Assembly (NCBI GenBank): GCA_903813345.2
Contig: CAIIXF020000001.1
Coordinates: 40,796,001-40,860,000, forward strand
From: Owenia fusiformis
Lineage: Eukaryota
DNA length: 64,000 nt
Direction of reading: 5' to 3'
A model generated the notes under the pieces. That model was not told where the DNA came from. It did not search any database and was given only the letters and a program-made list of their open reading frames with translations. How positions within the stretch are numbered: position 1 is the first letter of the stretch; every line of letters starts with the position of its first letter. This document shows positions 50,701-63,710 of this stretch, piece after piece. The position numbers and the translations under genes were made by a program.

Positions 50701-53700
50701 TTCAAAATGGCCACCTACTATAGCCATAATGTAATAAGACAGTGTGTCATGCTACAAATTATTCCCCAGGGCCAGGTGTCTTATATATAAATTAATAAAT
50801 GAAAACAAGGTAAAAATGTCTAGGCACTTTGAAATGGCAAACCCTTTTGCTTAGACTCTCTCCTATGTCTGGGTTTAGATTTCTGCATGTTTTGCTTATA
50901 TACAGTGCCTATAAGAAAAACGCAACAAGCAAATAAATTGTAAAACCACAAAACCAACGATGACTACATCAATTTTATTTCCTGTATATCATGAAGCCAT
51001 GTTTCTCCTCTTTTCAATGATATGTTGGCTGAATAATCATTCCTTTTTTACAGTGGGTAGTTTTTGTCATTTTTGGACCAAGTTTTAGATATTGCAAAAT
51101 GCATGGCCCTAGTGATATTGGAAGATCTCCTGACCTGACTTGTTGCAACTATTTCCTTTTGGGCTATCTCAAGAACAAAGTGTTCACCACCCCTCCACAA
51201 CACATCGAGAATAAATCTCCAACAGGCTAGGGCTCCACCCAAAACCCACAGATGACTAAAAGAGCTGCATGACATGGAGAGATGAGTCCATCTCTGTGTG
51301 CAAAGAAATGGTGGCCATGTGGAGGGGTATGAGATGCAATCTTGCATGATTATGAGTCTGAACACTAAGTCACTAAACTGTTTATGTCACACTTGCCACA
51401 CATTCTTCCAATAAGACATGGGCCCCTGAACTGGTTTCTGCAATGTCTAAAACTTGGTCCGTATCTGATTTTGGCCCATTGTGCAAAATAAATGATTATT
51501 CAGGCAATCATGACCTCATGTAAATAAATGACATGTCTTTGGAAAGAGGAGCAATGTAGCTTCATGGTACATTGAATGTAATAGATGTAGTCATCACTGG
51601 TTTTGCCGTTTTACTATTCATTTGTTTGTTGCATTTTTGATATACCCTATAAAAGACAAGCAGCCCTTATTCAATTCATGTGTCTCTATAATTCAATTTT
51701 TATGAAATGTAATCTTATGAGGGTCCCAGATGAAAGATATCTAATATTTCAAGTCTGTATATACATTAGTACCTGACTACCTGTTACACAGCAAAATAAC
51801 AGGAAAGCAAGAGACTAAGAACTGCTACATGTATACAGGGTAAATGTACTCAAGTATCCATTTCATAATACCTTTAAATTTTGATGTATCAAATAAACAA
51901 CATAAAATACAGGGTGGTCAAAAAGCCGTCAACCCTTTTCCTCATATCTTTGTCGTTTTAAGTAACCACTCCCTGAAAGAAGCACATAGGTTATCGCAAA
52001 TAATTTTAGTTCATTTTGGTCATCCAATCATGACCTCATGTAAATAAATGACATGTCTTTGGAAAGAGGAGCAATGTAGCTTCATGGTACATTGAATGTA
52101 ATAGATGCAGTCATCACTGGTTTTGCCGTTTTACTATTCATTTGTTTGTTGCGTTTTTTGAAACGCCCTATAAAAGACAAGCAGCCCTTATTCAATGATT
52201 CATGTGTCTCTATAATTAGATTTTTAATGTAATGTAATCTTATGAGGGTTCCAGATGAAAGATATCTAATATTTCAAGTCTATTAAATCTGCTGTGCAGC
52301 TAACCATTATATATATTAGAACTGCTACATGTGTACATGGTAAATGTACTCAAGTATCCATTTCATAATACCTTTAAATTTTGATGTATCAAATGAACAA
52401 CATAGAATACAGGGTGGTCAAAAAGCCGTCAACCCTTTTCCTCATATCTTTGTCGTTTTAAGTAACCACTCCCTGAAAGGAGCACATAGGTTATCGCAAA
52501 TAATTTTAGTTCATTTTGGTCATCCAAATTCAGTATCTTTAAAGACTCTGGAGCAATCAACTTTTCCTTTTAGTAAATCGAACATGTCTCAAAGCACATT
52601 CTAATTACGCATTCAACAATATAATAAAAGGTTGCATTTTTGGTGAAAATTAGGTCAACATTTTTGAAAAAGTATGTTGATTGGTCCATTGCCCCTTCAA
52701 TATCACTTAGGTCTGATTAACTAAATTATCAATATATATACTTTTCTTGAAGATAATGAATGGATCTAAAACATACACCCATGTTCATGATCAGAAAATA
52801 TTCATAATTCGAGTCAGAATCGTTTGAAATTGTTTGCGATAACCTATGTGCTCCTTTGAAACATCTGTACATCATTCAAGTTCCTACTAGCCTACCAAGT
52901 TTCATGACCATTGGGCTGATAGTCACAATATCATAGCATTTTAAACAACATGCCCCAGATGGCCACTTTTGAGCTGTCTGAACTGGTCTGGTATTTGGAT
53001 GAACTCCATTTCTAACTTGATACTCTGCTAAACTCTAACAATAATGTTTTCCTTGGGAGCCAGGCACTTGATAAAGTAGTGGAGAGGAACCTTCACACAG
53101 ACAGATGCACAGTCTAGTGTATACACAGCACATAGGGAAAGGGTCCTTTACCTTACGAAAATGCAATAACTATCAACATTGAATGCAATATTGTGATTCT
53201 CAGGAAGATTTGGGGGGGGGGGACAGAGCCATGCCCCATATATTCAATGATGCTCTAGAATGTCATTGGGACCACTTTAATAACCACCATGACCACATTA
53301 TCAGTAGGATAACAAAATAATGAATGGGCACCCCATTGCCTCAATATGGCCCTATTTAACTTTTACCAATGGGGATACCCCAAATATACAGTGTAGGAGA
53401 ATGACAACAGAACAACATAGGACCTCAAAAGTGTGATCACATGACAGGCCATACTTGCTGATGAATGCAATTAGATCATAGACAACTTTGGACAATGTGT
53501 GCAGATTTGCTCGCAGTACAATGTTGGCCAACTGAGGCACATTGTTTAAAGTGCTGTAACATTGAGACTATTAGTTCGATATTCGTGAATTAAAGTAGTC
53601 TAGCAGGAAATTGAATGATGTACGTGTGCCAAATATCAGGGCAGAATTTCCTAAAATGGCAAAGATATGAGGAAAAACTAGGGTTGCTGCTTTTTGACCA

Positions 53701-56700
53701 CCCTGTAAAGAAGAACAATATCATATCATGTTATTTAAGTACCATATACCATGAAAGGATAAAAGGTGGAAAATAAACAAGAATAAAATTATCAAATAAC
53801 TTTTATCTATGTTGGTTTTGGAAAATGTAACACATTTACATTGTTATATGCAAGATGACCACAAAAATACAACACTCTGATTTTTGAATATAACTCTTAA
53901 TTATGGTGGTATATTCTTATTGCATTAAGTGTTCAACGAAGCAAAAAGGTGGAACACTTATACTGAAGCTAGTAATCTGAGATTTAGAGGTATCAAGTTT
54001 TCTAAGTTTGTTCACGATTGCTTTTATGTTTATTATCATGGATATACATGTATCCTATTAACACACTTTTCAAGAATAACTCTGTCAATTTTTATCAAAT
54101 AGGCAACTTAATTGAACATGATTGACAAATACAGATCAGAAATTGATATGAGAGCATGCCTATGAAATATAATATCAAAGCCATAGTTACAAAGTAAGTG
54201 TATCATTATTACCACAACTGAACACTCCATCTACACTACAAAACCCAAAGAGATTCCACCTAAATTGAGATTTATTCCGAGATTAGAGGATTGCATTTTT
54301 GGGATCACCCTGTATATCTAAACAATATTTTACTTGTTCTTGATTCTTTATTGCATGGACTACCTAGGAACTAGGTATGTTCTCTATGTTTACGTTTGTT
54401 TACCTTGAGAGTTGTAGATGTTATACATAATGTTGGAATGTACTGACTTTTTACCATATTAATTTACATTCTTACCACCTATGTTAGCATCGTTATATTC
54501 TGATTGCATTTGAATAGAAAATGAATACATATTAATGAAAACATATTAATATTACTAGGTAGGGGGGGGGGGGGGGGGTTATTCTGCACGTAATCTGTTC
54601 TGGTAAGAAAAAGTTGAACCTTGAACAACCAATATCACGCTTATCCATATCCAAATGTTACTTTACTGAACGAGTACACAGGGTGCTTGCTGGACCAGTT
54701 GTAAATATTTGCCTGTTCTGGTAAGAAAAAGTTGAACTTTGAACAACCAATATCACGCTTATCCATATCCAAATGTTACTTTACTGAACGAGTACACAGG
54801 GTACTTGCTGGACCAGTTGTAAATATTTGCCATTTGCAGCTAAAAAAGTAGGTAATGTCTATATTCAAGAAGAAATTTATTTCCTACGAGAGCTAGCCAC
54901 CAATGTTACTACTAATATGGATCCCTAGGTATACTAAAATTGAACCCTAGACATAAAAAATTATGTACCTTTATAATAACCAGTTCTGGAAAAAAAACAG
55001 GAGCAAAACCCGCTGAACAAAAAATATTTCATCAAATCAATCTCCCTCATCTTTTTGAATATAACAAGATAGAAATAACCAAAAACGAAGTAGAGTATTA
55101 TAGTCTCCTTTTGGCAAAATCTACAGTCTACACCCATAATGTGGCGTGAAGCCATATTATTAGCCATATTCCTGCTTCAGTAAAGGTTTTCTGACCATAA
55201 GTTATTAGCCTATAGAATTTGAGTCAAACCTGATTACTGTTTTTTTGCGTTATCAGAAAAAATCATATTTTTCTTGAGAAATGGTGGCCTTTTTTAATTC
55301 AGCACACCTTCTTGAGCATTCCCATGTCCTTTTTAACAGAGGTCTTGCCTTTGGATCAAATCCTATAAATGGTAATTATGTAATTAAAAATTACTTTTTT
55401 CATGGAAATTCCTTCTTGAGCAGAATCCTATGTCCCAAAGGCATCAAATTTGTGTCAAATCTGTCGACAAGTATTTGAGTTGTCAAAGATTATATTTTTT
55501 ATGGAAAATAGTGGCCATTTTGAAATGGGTGTTCATATTGAAAATGCTTTCTTGAATGGAAGTTACCTACCTATAAGGCATTAGCCTATAAAATTTGGAA
55601 GAAATCTTTTAACTTGTAGATAAAACAATATAAATTACATTTTTTCATGAAAAATGGTGACCATCTTGAAATTTAGTGGCCATTTTGAAAATTCCCTCTC
55701 ATACAGAGGTCATATGCCCATAAGGGATCAGCCTATAAAATCTGTCAACCAGTATTTGAGTTATCACCATGACAGATGAATTAACAACAAACAAATAGAT
55801 GGGCATCTTACTCATTCATATAAACGGGAACACCCTTGATATAGTAAAAAACTGATGGTGTTAATATAACCACAATTAGCAATGCCCACCTGGTTGTATG
55901 GTAACTATAATATTGTACCTTGTTTTAGGTCTGGATTTACTATAAAACGTTTCTAATAAGCACTTTTAGAGGGATGCTCCGCTTGATTTGAATGTTAAGG
56001 CTATAAATATAAATAACCACTTATCTACTCCACATGATTTGTTGGAAAACAATGGTTGCATTTACGCAACGATTTTTGAATCACGACTTAAGTCCTTCCA
56101 TTTCAGCATATCAAATAATTACTTTTTACATTCACATTTTCAACAGTGAAAGGTTTGGTATCGATATGGCGAACTGAATTCAACATTGTTTTCCTTTTAA
56201 ACCAATTATTGAAAACATTCTGTAAAAAACATGGTCATTAATGTATTGGTCACTGATTGATGACAATTTAATGCGAAAATAATTTAAATATGTTTTTTAT
56301 AACTGTTTTTGATTTTTAGTGCAATTGTTTTTGTTCCTTTCTACCAATTCTTTGGATCGAGAATGAAATAAAATATCTTTCCGAATCTTGTTGGAACAAA
56401 ATAGCATATACAACATTTTCTTAAACCTCTCAATATAGTAGTTATACATAGGAAAGTTTGGTTTATTTAACAAAAAGTATTCTGGTAGACTGGTTTAAGA
56501 GAAACATGTGTTCAATTCAGTTCGTCATATTGATACGAATCCTTTTTATTGTATAAATTTCTTAAGATGGGCCTATTGGAAAGAAATGGTAGACATCTTT
56601 CAATGTTTCATACCCTATGGACATGTCAGCAAGAAAAACAATAGATAAGCTCTATGAGTCCAATTCCTTTGTCTTCAAGGCACATGTTTGTGCAGCATGT

Positions 56701-59700
56701 TACATTAAGTACACATAGTCATGCGCTTTCAATTTAACAATGAGCACTTTATCTAATCAAAATAGGCAGGGACAAGCATGACAAGCACAAAATATTGATA
56801 CCCTGCATATTTAATTAAATAATTTAACAATTATGTATTAATGTTTCTCATCATTTTTAACCAAAGTACTAAGTAAAGGGACTTCCTCAAAAATGTAACT
56901 TCCAATTCAGCTTAAATTTCCTAGATTCTTTGAAGGCAAATCTAAATTCAACATCTGTATGGCAGTCTGAAACATCTGATTTTGAAATGTAGTTGAAATA
57001 AAAAGAGTGGACCATGACATCTGTTGGTTAGAAACTAGGACAAAAGGTGTCTCTGAATGCCTACCTGGTACCCCAAACATCTGTTGTTGAGGTTGTTGTG
57101 CATTCCCATATAACGCTAAAATGGAATCTTTGGTTGATTGAGACTTTTCTTGACTTTCCTTTGATTCACCGAAGAGGTTCTCTTCTGTGGCTCCTCCATT
57201 TTGAAGAGGTTGTGATTGAGGTACCGCAGAGGCAACTGGTTGTTGTTGTTGTTGGGCAGGAGCTTGTTGTGCATTAACATTGGGATTTGGAGTGGTGCTA
57301 GCAGCCAAAAAGTCACCAAAGGGATCAACATTGTTGGATACTGAGGGTGTATCTACAGTAAGAGAAATACATGATTTAAACCATCACGTAAGCATTGGGT
57401 ATACACACAAAAACATTTAATAACTTGTCTATATAATTAGATGACAAAACAGGTATTAAAAGGTGACAAGTAAACACGTTTGTCAAAAAATAATGACATG
57501 TTTATTATACAAAAGCCATGACTTTGATACACGTTATGTATAACTAATTTTGTAATGACTGAATGGTATAACAGTTACATATTCAAGTTTTTTCCTTCAT
57601 AATTTCAAATAAATGTTATGATTGCCATAGAAACTAGAGAGGCTTGTCAAGTTTTGTCATGGCAACTATAATAGCCTTCTCACATTAAGACTATATTTGT
57701 CAACATATATATGGGCACAGTGCCTAAATTAAAAAAAGTGAGTAATTGCAAAAGCTCACTTTGTGAGCTAAAAAGACATAACCATTTTTCGAAATTAAGT
57801 TAAAATGTTCAAACTCGTTGTGATTGTTGAAACTGCCATCTTTGGAGTTTCAAATGTTTGAATTCATATTTCATGAATAAAGACTAAATCCTTGATTCTT
57901 TGACACTATTTAACTCTATAATGACCACTAGTGACATTTTAAAAAAAAGTAAAAACCCAAACATGCGTACTGTGCAATAGCAACCAAATAGACGATATAG
58001 AACATGGTTTCCTGAAATGCCAAGTGATGGAAGATTTCAAACAACAATGCTACAGAATCCTGAATGAAAAGATACCTGATGACCAAGCTTTTATGTTAGG
58101 ATCTCCAAGATTGTCTCTCAGCCAAAACCTAGCAACCTTACTCATAAAGAGATTCATGTACATTAATAAATTGGAAGTAAAAACACCTACCATAAATGCT
58201 TTTCAAAGATACTTAATAAGAGAAAAGAAGGCTGACAAATATATTGCAAAAACACATGGACAAGAAGAATTGCATGACAGAAAATGGAATCTTATAAATT
58301 CAATGATAGAAAATTATGTATAACCCCCCTTTCCGAGCTGGAAACCAAATACTACAAAACATACATACAGAGCCAGAAAGGGGGTAAATAGAAAAACCAA
58401 ACTCTCACATTTTGATGTTTTGACCCACTATACTTAGATCTAGTATTATAGCCTCTCCCCTCCCCTGTAAACCCCCCTTATATACTTTCTTATAAAGAAA
58501 TGAGCGACCCTAATTATATTTGTATTAACTGTATTATCATGTGACCTATATTATAATGAAAATCTAAAACTTGAATAAATATTTATATAAAAAAAAAAAA
58601 AAACAAAAAAAACTAGTGACATTTTGGGAAAGAATATATTTGCCTTACTGTGCTCTCCGCAGAAGAAATCATATAACTGCGTTATCTGCATTTATATCAG
58701 GATGCAACATGAGTAATGGAAGTCCATTCTCATTCCACTGTTTATGATGCACAATGGATCATAAATATAAATATAGATACATTTGCCTACCTAAGCCAAG
58801 CAGATCTACAGCGGATGCAGTTTGTGTCTGAGGAGTGGCTGCAGGGGCCTTTACTTCTGCTTTAGGGGGACTGGCTTTACTGGTCTCTGGTCTGTTCACA
58901 GTAGCCTGAAAGATTTTTCACATTCTTAATCAAATCCTTCACCCTGGGCATGATGGCATTTCAATATTTCAAAGTACTCCCAACAGAAAATTAGTTTAAA
59001 GACATGTAATTTGTCAGTTTAGAAAGTCTTGGAAATCTCTCATACCCATATATTTAAATTCATTTTTTACTGCACTATCAATGTAATTGTGCATATTTGC
59101 TGCCTCTCAGAGTTTTAGAGGATAGAAAAAGAAAGAAATCAAAAATACTGAATGCACAAAACAAATTTTTAATGACGAATTATTAGTTTGATGAAATGAT
59201 TCAGACTATCACAATGATATTACATTTTTTGAGTACCATAGCACCTAGTGAGTATGGTAGTAACTTGAGTCACATACATTGAGTCACTATGAGTCACTTA
59301 CATTACTTAATTGGACTGAACTTTTGGGCTTTGGCCGTTTCTTTTCTTTCTTCTCTTCAACCAGCTAAAATATAAATAAAAATTAATTAATGTAAATCTG
59401 TGAAATAAACCTTTTGATTAAATAAAATAGTATTCATTGGACAAAGTCAGGTAACTATGGTAATTCCAATATTGTCATCTTTCTAAAAAAGGAAACATGA
59501 ACCACAATGAATGTTCATATCTTTATAAGATGTATAATAAGGAACAAAAACTTCATCAACTTTAATTGTATAGTCGGAAACAATCAATTAATGACATTAA
59601 CATATTGAAGTACTTATTAAAATATCATGAAATGTGTGAAGCATTGACAATATAATCTTTAATTGAGTTATATTGATATACAGGTTGTACCATAGGCTTT

Positions 59701-62700
59701 CAAGATCTGTTGAAAGCCCATGGTTGTACTAACTATGATTCCAAAAGATTAATGTCTTAATGTGCAACACTATATGGCTATTAAATGCTTGAATGAAAAG
59801 ATTCTCTCTAATCTTCTCTTTAAAAATAATGAATTCAAGCGATTGAGATGTAATCACTCAAAACAAGATATTCCTCCACCAATAACACCATACACCCCTT
59901 TATTTATAAATGTGAGATCCAGAGATAAAAATGGAATGTATTAAAGAACAGTTCAAAGTCTTGAACATTGATTCTACTTATAGCCGAGAATATACAGTGT
60001 ACAGTACAGGTCCCAGTACCCAGAATCAGGATTAAGTCAATCTAATGCTTTTTGTGTAACAGGTCGCTTATCTTTAACTTCTCACTTATAACCTTGTAAT
60101 ACATGTATTGTGTAACTCCCATATAATGGAAGGAAGAATGTAATGATTAGAGGTTAGAGTGCTCATTTACATGATTTATGAACTAATATATTTCTAAGGA
60201 CACCTTTGCAGCCAGTCTAAAAATGTCAAGTTTGTTGGTGACACAACAGCTTGCATCATAAAATTGGTCATCTCAAATCTGATAGGCAATTAACTTAAGA
60301 TTGATCAATTTTTGAGTAACCAGGGACATTGAACACTGGTTTTATTTCTGGTATAATCCTGACATAGACTAGACTATCCCATCACGGTCTTTGTATTGCA
60401 AATGCTAAAAAACTCATAAAGAAATACTTCTACTTCAATCCCATTTATGTATACAACTGTATAATATATGGTCAAATTATAGCCATAATGAATTTATCAT
60501 TATTCTAGACTAATGTATTATGTCACAAGTAGAGAAGTAAGACTGTAACAGAGATAGAGAAATGAAAGAGAAAAGAGAAACAAAATGTTTTATAGAATTC
60601 TATAGAGATTTGTTTTCGTCATGACCATTTAAGTCCAAAATGAATGTGTTGTGGTATTGTCATTTAGTATAGCATATCCTGTAAGGCATTGTCTCATGTT
60701 CCTTACTAACTAAGTTCTACCCACAGATATAGGAAATTATTTTTGTGGGTAACCAAAAAATGTTACACCTTTTATTCAAAAGTAAATTCACATAAAACTT
60801 CACCAAGAGTGGTTGGTTGGTCTGGCAATTAACAAAATGAATTTCATGGAGAACTTAGTTCTGAACTTTTGAAATGACCCCTTAAAATATCAAAGATGTC
60901 AAATCAATTGCCCCCCCCCCCCCTCCCTGCTTTGACCACAATATCAAACTGGAATAAAAATGGTCTGGAGTCAAACATTATAAAATAAAATACAGAGAAA
61001 GAAAATAAAATACAGAGAAAGAAAAACCATGTATGAAAGTTCTACCTTTGGATTACTATCATATTTCTACAACAGAGACACACATTCATATACATTTGTA
61101 TTTTGTATCATAAATTATAAATACAGTGAGATAACCAACATTGAAATAATTGAATTTGAAAGCTTTGTTTGAATCTAATATTTATACAACAATAAACAAA
61201 CAATACAGTGTTATTTAATTGTACAATTATACCCCTCCCACTGAATTTTCAAAATGTACTTTCAATATTTTTCAAAAAAGGTGAGTACTACTGTTAACTG
61301 ACACGATGGGAGTTGTACAATGAAAATCATCTAAATGAATTAGTAAAAGTGAGCAAATATCCATGTATATCAAGCTGTCAATCAAATACCAACCTGTGTT
61401 CTGGGCTTCGGTGGCACCCATTCTTTTGCTATATATTTCTTGGTCTCATATTTGGCTCGAATAAATGATTCCAGAGCACTTAAATTAGTCAAGGAAAAAT
61501 AAATTATTTTAAATACTGTGCATGTTAAATCTCTCAATTAAAATATCTTGATTAATTAATCTTGTTTATTCAAATTCAATTTATAGAAGAGTAGAAATTC
61601 AAAAATAAATAGTTTAATATTTTTGTTAACTCTGATTATTATAGACAAAGGATACGAATCTGTTTGTGGTCTTCTGAAGCCATCGGGAATGTTTGCCTCA
61701 TATACTGCGCGGGCACGACTATTGCCCATATCCTCAACACTCTGAAAAGGAGGAAATAGTTTATTTTACATTAAATAAGTGTTAACCAAGGCAGAGGAAG
61801 AGTTAATCAAGATATCAAAACATGTACAACTCATGAAATGTCAAGATCAACTATTAATTGGATACACACAGGTTAACAATTTCTCATTGTTGATCTCCTG
61901 TCTAGGTAAATCATATACTGCACCTCTTATCTTATATAAGATCAATTTTTCTATGTTGTGCCGAGACATAATTACATTTCAGATTGACCACCCATTCCCG
62001 AAAAAATTGCAACATTTTTTATTTTTTAATTTTCTTAGGTAACAAAACTTATAGGGCTAAATTGTATTTGTGGGCATAAACATTTGCCAATATAATATAT
62101 ATACAATATAATTAATTATATTAAATATATTTATTCCTGGATACTTACAGCAATCTGTTCAGGGGTCCATGTATCAAGATTGACAGACTTCACCTTTGAT
62201 ATATGAACACCTAAATTTCTGTGAATGCCTGCACATCTGATACAGAGGAATATACCAAGGTTCCATGATGCCCATCTTGGACCTGGTGATATAAAATAAT
62301 GTGATGATAATAAAATTGGGGCAATATGGCAATATATATTGAGCATCATGATTGTATAGTTACAATATCATGATAGTTGTATAGTTCCAGCACAATGATA
62401 GTACAGTATAATTATTCTATTTGAGGACCTTGATTCTACATTAAGCTGTCAGAAATAACTAGGTACCATTTTTTTTACTACCTACGGCCCTTGGGCAGAT
62501 ATATTATATTGGCCTCAGGATAATCCCAATATCCTGAACCTCATATAGGATAATCTCTATTTGTTCTATAGATAACACTGTACTCGTCACATACAGCACT
62601 TCGGCACAAATCACTTCAAAATAGCTAGGACAGAGTCTTTTATAGTGATCTGCGGTATTGCCTGAAGTACCGTTATGGTGGCATTCTGGCCTAATGTCGG

Positions 62701-63599
62701 CATTGAAATTCAAATACCCCATACTAGAATATCTAAAGAATCAATTAAACTTACCAGAAATCGCAAGATTAAGTGTTTAACATCGATAAAAAGTGAAAAA
62801 AGTAATCTCTCAACATCGGAAATATTTACATTTTGTTTTTGTCTCCTTTTTGAAGAGTTTGAATTTGAGGAATGACTACGTTAAATAGCTGGCTGTAGAT
62901 GGCTTAATTCAATGCAGGAATTATTGATAATCAGGTAAGACATTGATAAATCATGACTACAGTGCTCACCATGAATGACACCTGGATTTGCTGAAGTGAG
63001 GATTTCCCATGTTAAAAAGAAGAGAATTTTCAAGAGGCTATACATCAGTGGATGAGAGTATACAAAATGTAAAATATACAAAACTAAAGGGATGACTAAT
63101 TGAAAGCCCATGGTCTCAACCACCATGGTCTGGAAATGGTGATAGAAAATCCAGGTGTCATTTATTTATGGTGAGCACTTTATAAACTGCGTTTGTATGA
63201 AAGGGACATATTCACCACCAAAAACGTTGACAATTCTAAACTCAGTCACAAAAATGTACGAATTCGCAAACGTAGACCCAAAACCGGGGTATCTAATGGT
63301 AAGGTATCGCAGTAATACTTGCAACAATCTGTTTAGTGTTTCGTCAATGTTCCCTCAGTCCTGCGAGATGGAGAAACCCTCTACATTGTGCGGCCTGGTT
63401 CCTTGGTGTTCAGTAAGGTGTCACAAAAATTGTAACAGAAAAATATTGAAAAAAAATCAAACAGAAATTGAAAACACCCACCTTTAGCATCACAATCTAC
63501 GCAGTATTTATTGTCTTCATCTTTCAGTAATGTAGACAGAATGACTTGATGTCGTTCTTGCATCACCTTATTTTTATCTCGATCGGATCGGGTAGACAT
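44613..63599 (-). CDS. SMAP1: Stromal membrane-associated protein (SMAP1/SMAP2-type ArfGAP), 10 coding exons, 482 aa
   Basis: N-terminal ArfGAP domain (CVDC...[36 protein letters not shown]...GN..AR.VYE...FIRAKYE), lysine-rich linker, clathrin box [14 protein letters not shown] motif, Q/M/G-rich tail and terminal [10 protein letters not shown]. Exon lengths 118+134+86+85+63+115+288+233+180+147 = 1449 nt, in frame. Probably the co-orthologue of vertebrate SMAP1 and SMAP2. Confidence 0.96.
45680..45859 (-). CDS. SMAP1: SMAP exon 9
   Basis: [23 protein letters not shown]...QQNFQQ; tandem CAGCAGCAG acceptor, GTAGGA donor. Confidence 0.88.
46220..46452 (-). CDS. SMAP1: SMAP exon 8
   Basis: [22 protein letters not shown]...NNMQAMQ; ttcCAG acceptor, GTAAAC donor; contains a 30-nt duplication ([10 protein letters not shown] x2). 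Confidence 0.9.
46591..47440. repeat. 65-bp satellite x~13 with an internal hairpin (SMAP intron 7)
   Basis: Unit CACACAAAATGGTGGCTTTAACAACATGTCACATTAGTCGGTGGTGACATTGTTATGATGAAATA; ATGTCAC/GTGACAT stem. Confidence 0.97.
48267..49714 (+). mobile_element. Full HINE-like element with higher-order internal repeats
   Basis: Sub-terminal IRs TATCGCACT / AGTGCGATA; ~604-bp duplicated block built from ~150-bp subunits; CCCGCCCA microsatellite; 3' GCACTTT-TTC-AAAGTGC hairpin. Confidence 0.8.
50903..51648 (+). mobile_element. Deleted Tc1/mariner element with a transposase C-terminal remnant
   Basis: Long degenerate inverted ends (AAAAACGCAACAAGCAAAT / ATTTGTTTGTTGCATTTTT); remnant VQRNGGHVE at ~51298-51324. 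Confidence 0.6.
51507..52528. repeat. ~520-bp tandem segmental duplication
   Basis: AATCATGACCTCATG...TTGGTCATCCAA at ~51507-52027 and ~52026-52527; explains the twin ORFs at 51844 and 52344. Confidence 0.9.
52410..53705 (+). mobile_element. Full-length (~1.3 kb) fossil Tc1/mariner transposon with a pseudogenised transposase
   Basis: TA|CAGGGTGGTCAAAAAGC...GCTTTTTGACCACCCTG|TA; decayed motifs [12 protein letters not shown]...[12 protein letters not shown] (~52983-53125) and [24 protein letters not shown] (~53322-53395), resembling WFSDEAHF and WPPRSPDL.PLDFFLWGYLK. Confidence 0.8.
54596..54831. repeat. ~119-bp direct tandem duplication
   Basis: TGTTCTGGTAAGAAAA...TGTAAATATTTGCC occurs twice, nearly identical. 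Confidence 0.9.
56150..56545. mobile_element. Kolobok-like MITE
   Basis: AAGGTTTGGTATCGATATGGCGAACTGAATT / AATTCAGTTCGTCATATTGATACGAATCCTT TIRs; same family as the copy at 9531. Confidence 0.6.
57065..57352 (-). CDS. SMAP1: SMAP exon 7
   Basis: [20 protein letters not shown]...ENLFGE...[27 protein letters not shown] acceptor, GTAGGC donor. Confidence 0.93.
57941..58611 (+). mobile_element. 5'-truncated L1/Tx1-clade LINE in SMAP intron 6 (antisense to the gene)
   Basis: Open frame 57943-58323 with a CCHC knuckle (CVLC...H...C) and an ORF2-type C-terminus ([12 protein letters not shown]...DKYIA...HDRKW); AATAAA at ~58574; poly(A); 14-bp TSD ACTAGTGACATTTT at 57927-57940 and 58612-58625. Confidence 0.92.
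58791..58905 (-). CDS. SMAP1: SMAP exon 6
   Basis: [38 protein letters not shown](D); clathrin-box motif; CAG acceptor, GTAGGC donor. Confidence 0.92.
59302..59364 (-). CDS. SMAP1: SMAP exon 5
   Basis: [21 protein letters not shown]; tttTAG acceptor, GTAAGT donor, phase 0/0. Confidence 0.85.
61394..61478 (-). CDS. SMAP1: SMAP exon 4
   Basis: [28 protein letters not shown]; donor CAG|GTTGGT. Confidence 0.93.
61479..61655 (-). other. U12-type (minor spliceosome) GT-AG intron, SMAP intron 3
   Basis: 5' splice site GTATCCTTT; branch point TTCCTTGAC (61496-61488) about 10 nt before the terminal AG; no polypyrimidine tract; splicing keeps the ArfGAP frame ([15 protein letters not shown]). Confidence 0.9.
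61656..61741 (-). CDS. SMAP1: SMAP exon 3
   Basis: [28 protein letters not shown]; followed by the U12-type donor GTATCCTTT. Confidence 0.95.
62149..62282 (-). CDS. SMAP1: SMAP exon 2
   Basis: [48 protein letters not shown] acceptor, GTAAGT donor. Confidence 0.97.
63482..63599 (-). CDS. SMAP1: SMAP exon 1
   Basis: [39 protein letters not shown]; donor G|GTGGGT. Confidence 0.95.
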
Positions 63600-63639
63600 T
63601 ATAATGACAATTAGGATAATTGGAAGAATCTGTAAAATA

Positions 63640-63710
63640 TGACAAATTTCAAGAAAATGGCTCTGACCGTATCACAAACTCGCGATTCACTTCCGTTTCA
63701 TAACTTTGAA
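63640..63710 (-). promoter_or_regulatory. Probable SMAP housekeeping-type promoter
   Basis: ETS-like CTTCCG and an ACTCGCGA motif within ~100 bp upstream of the ATG. Confidence 0.3.
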
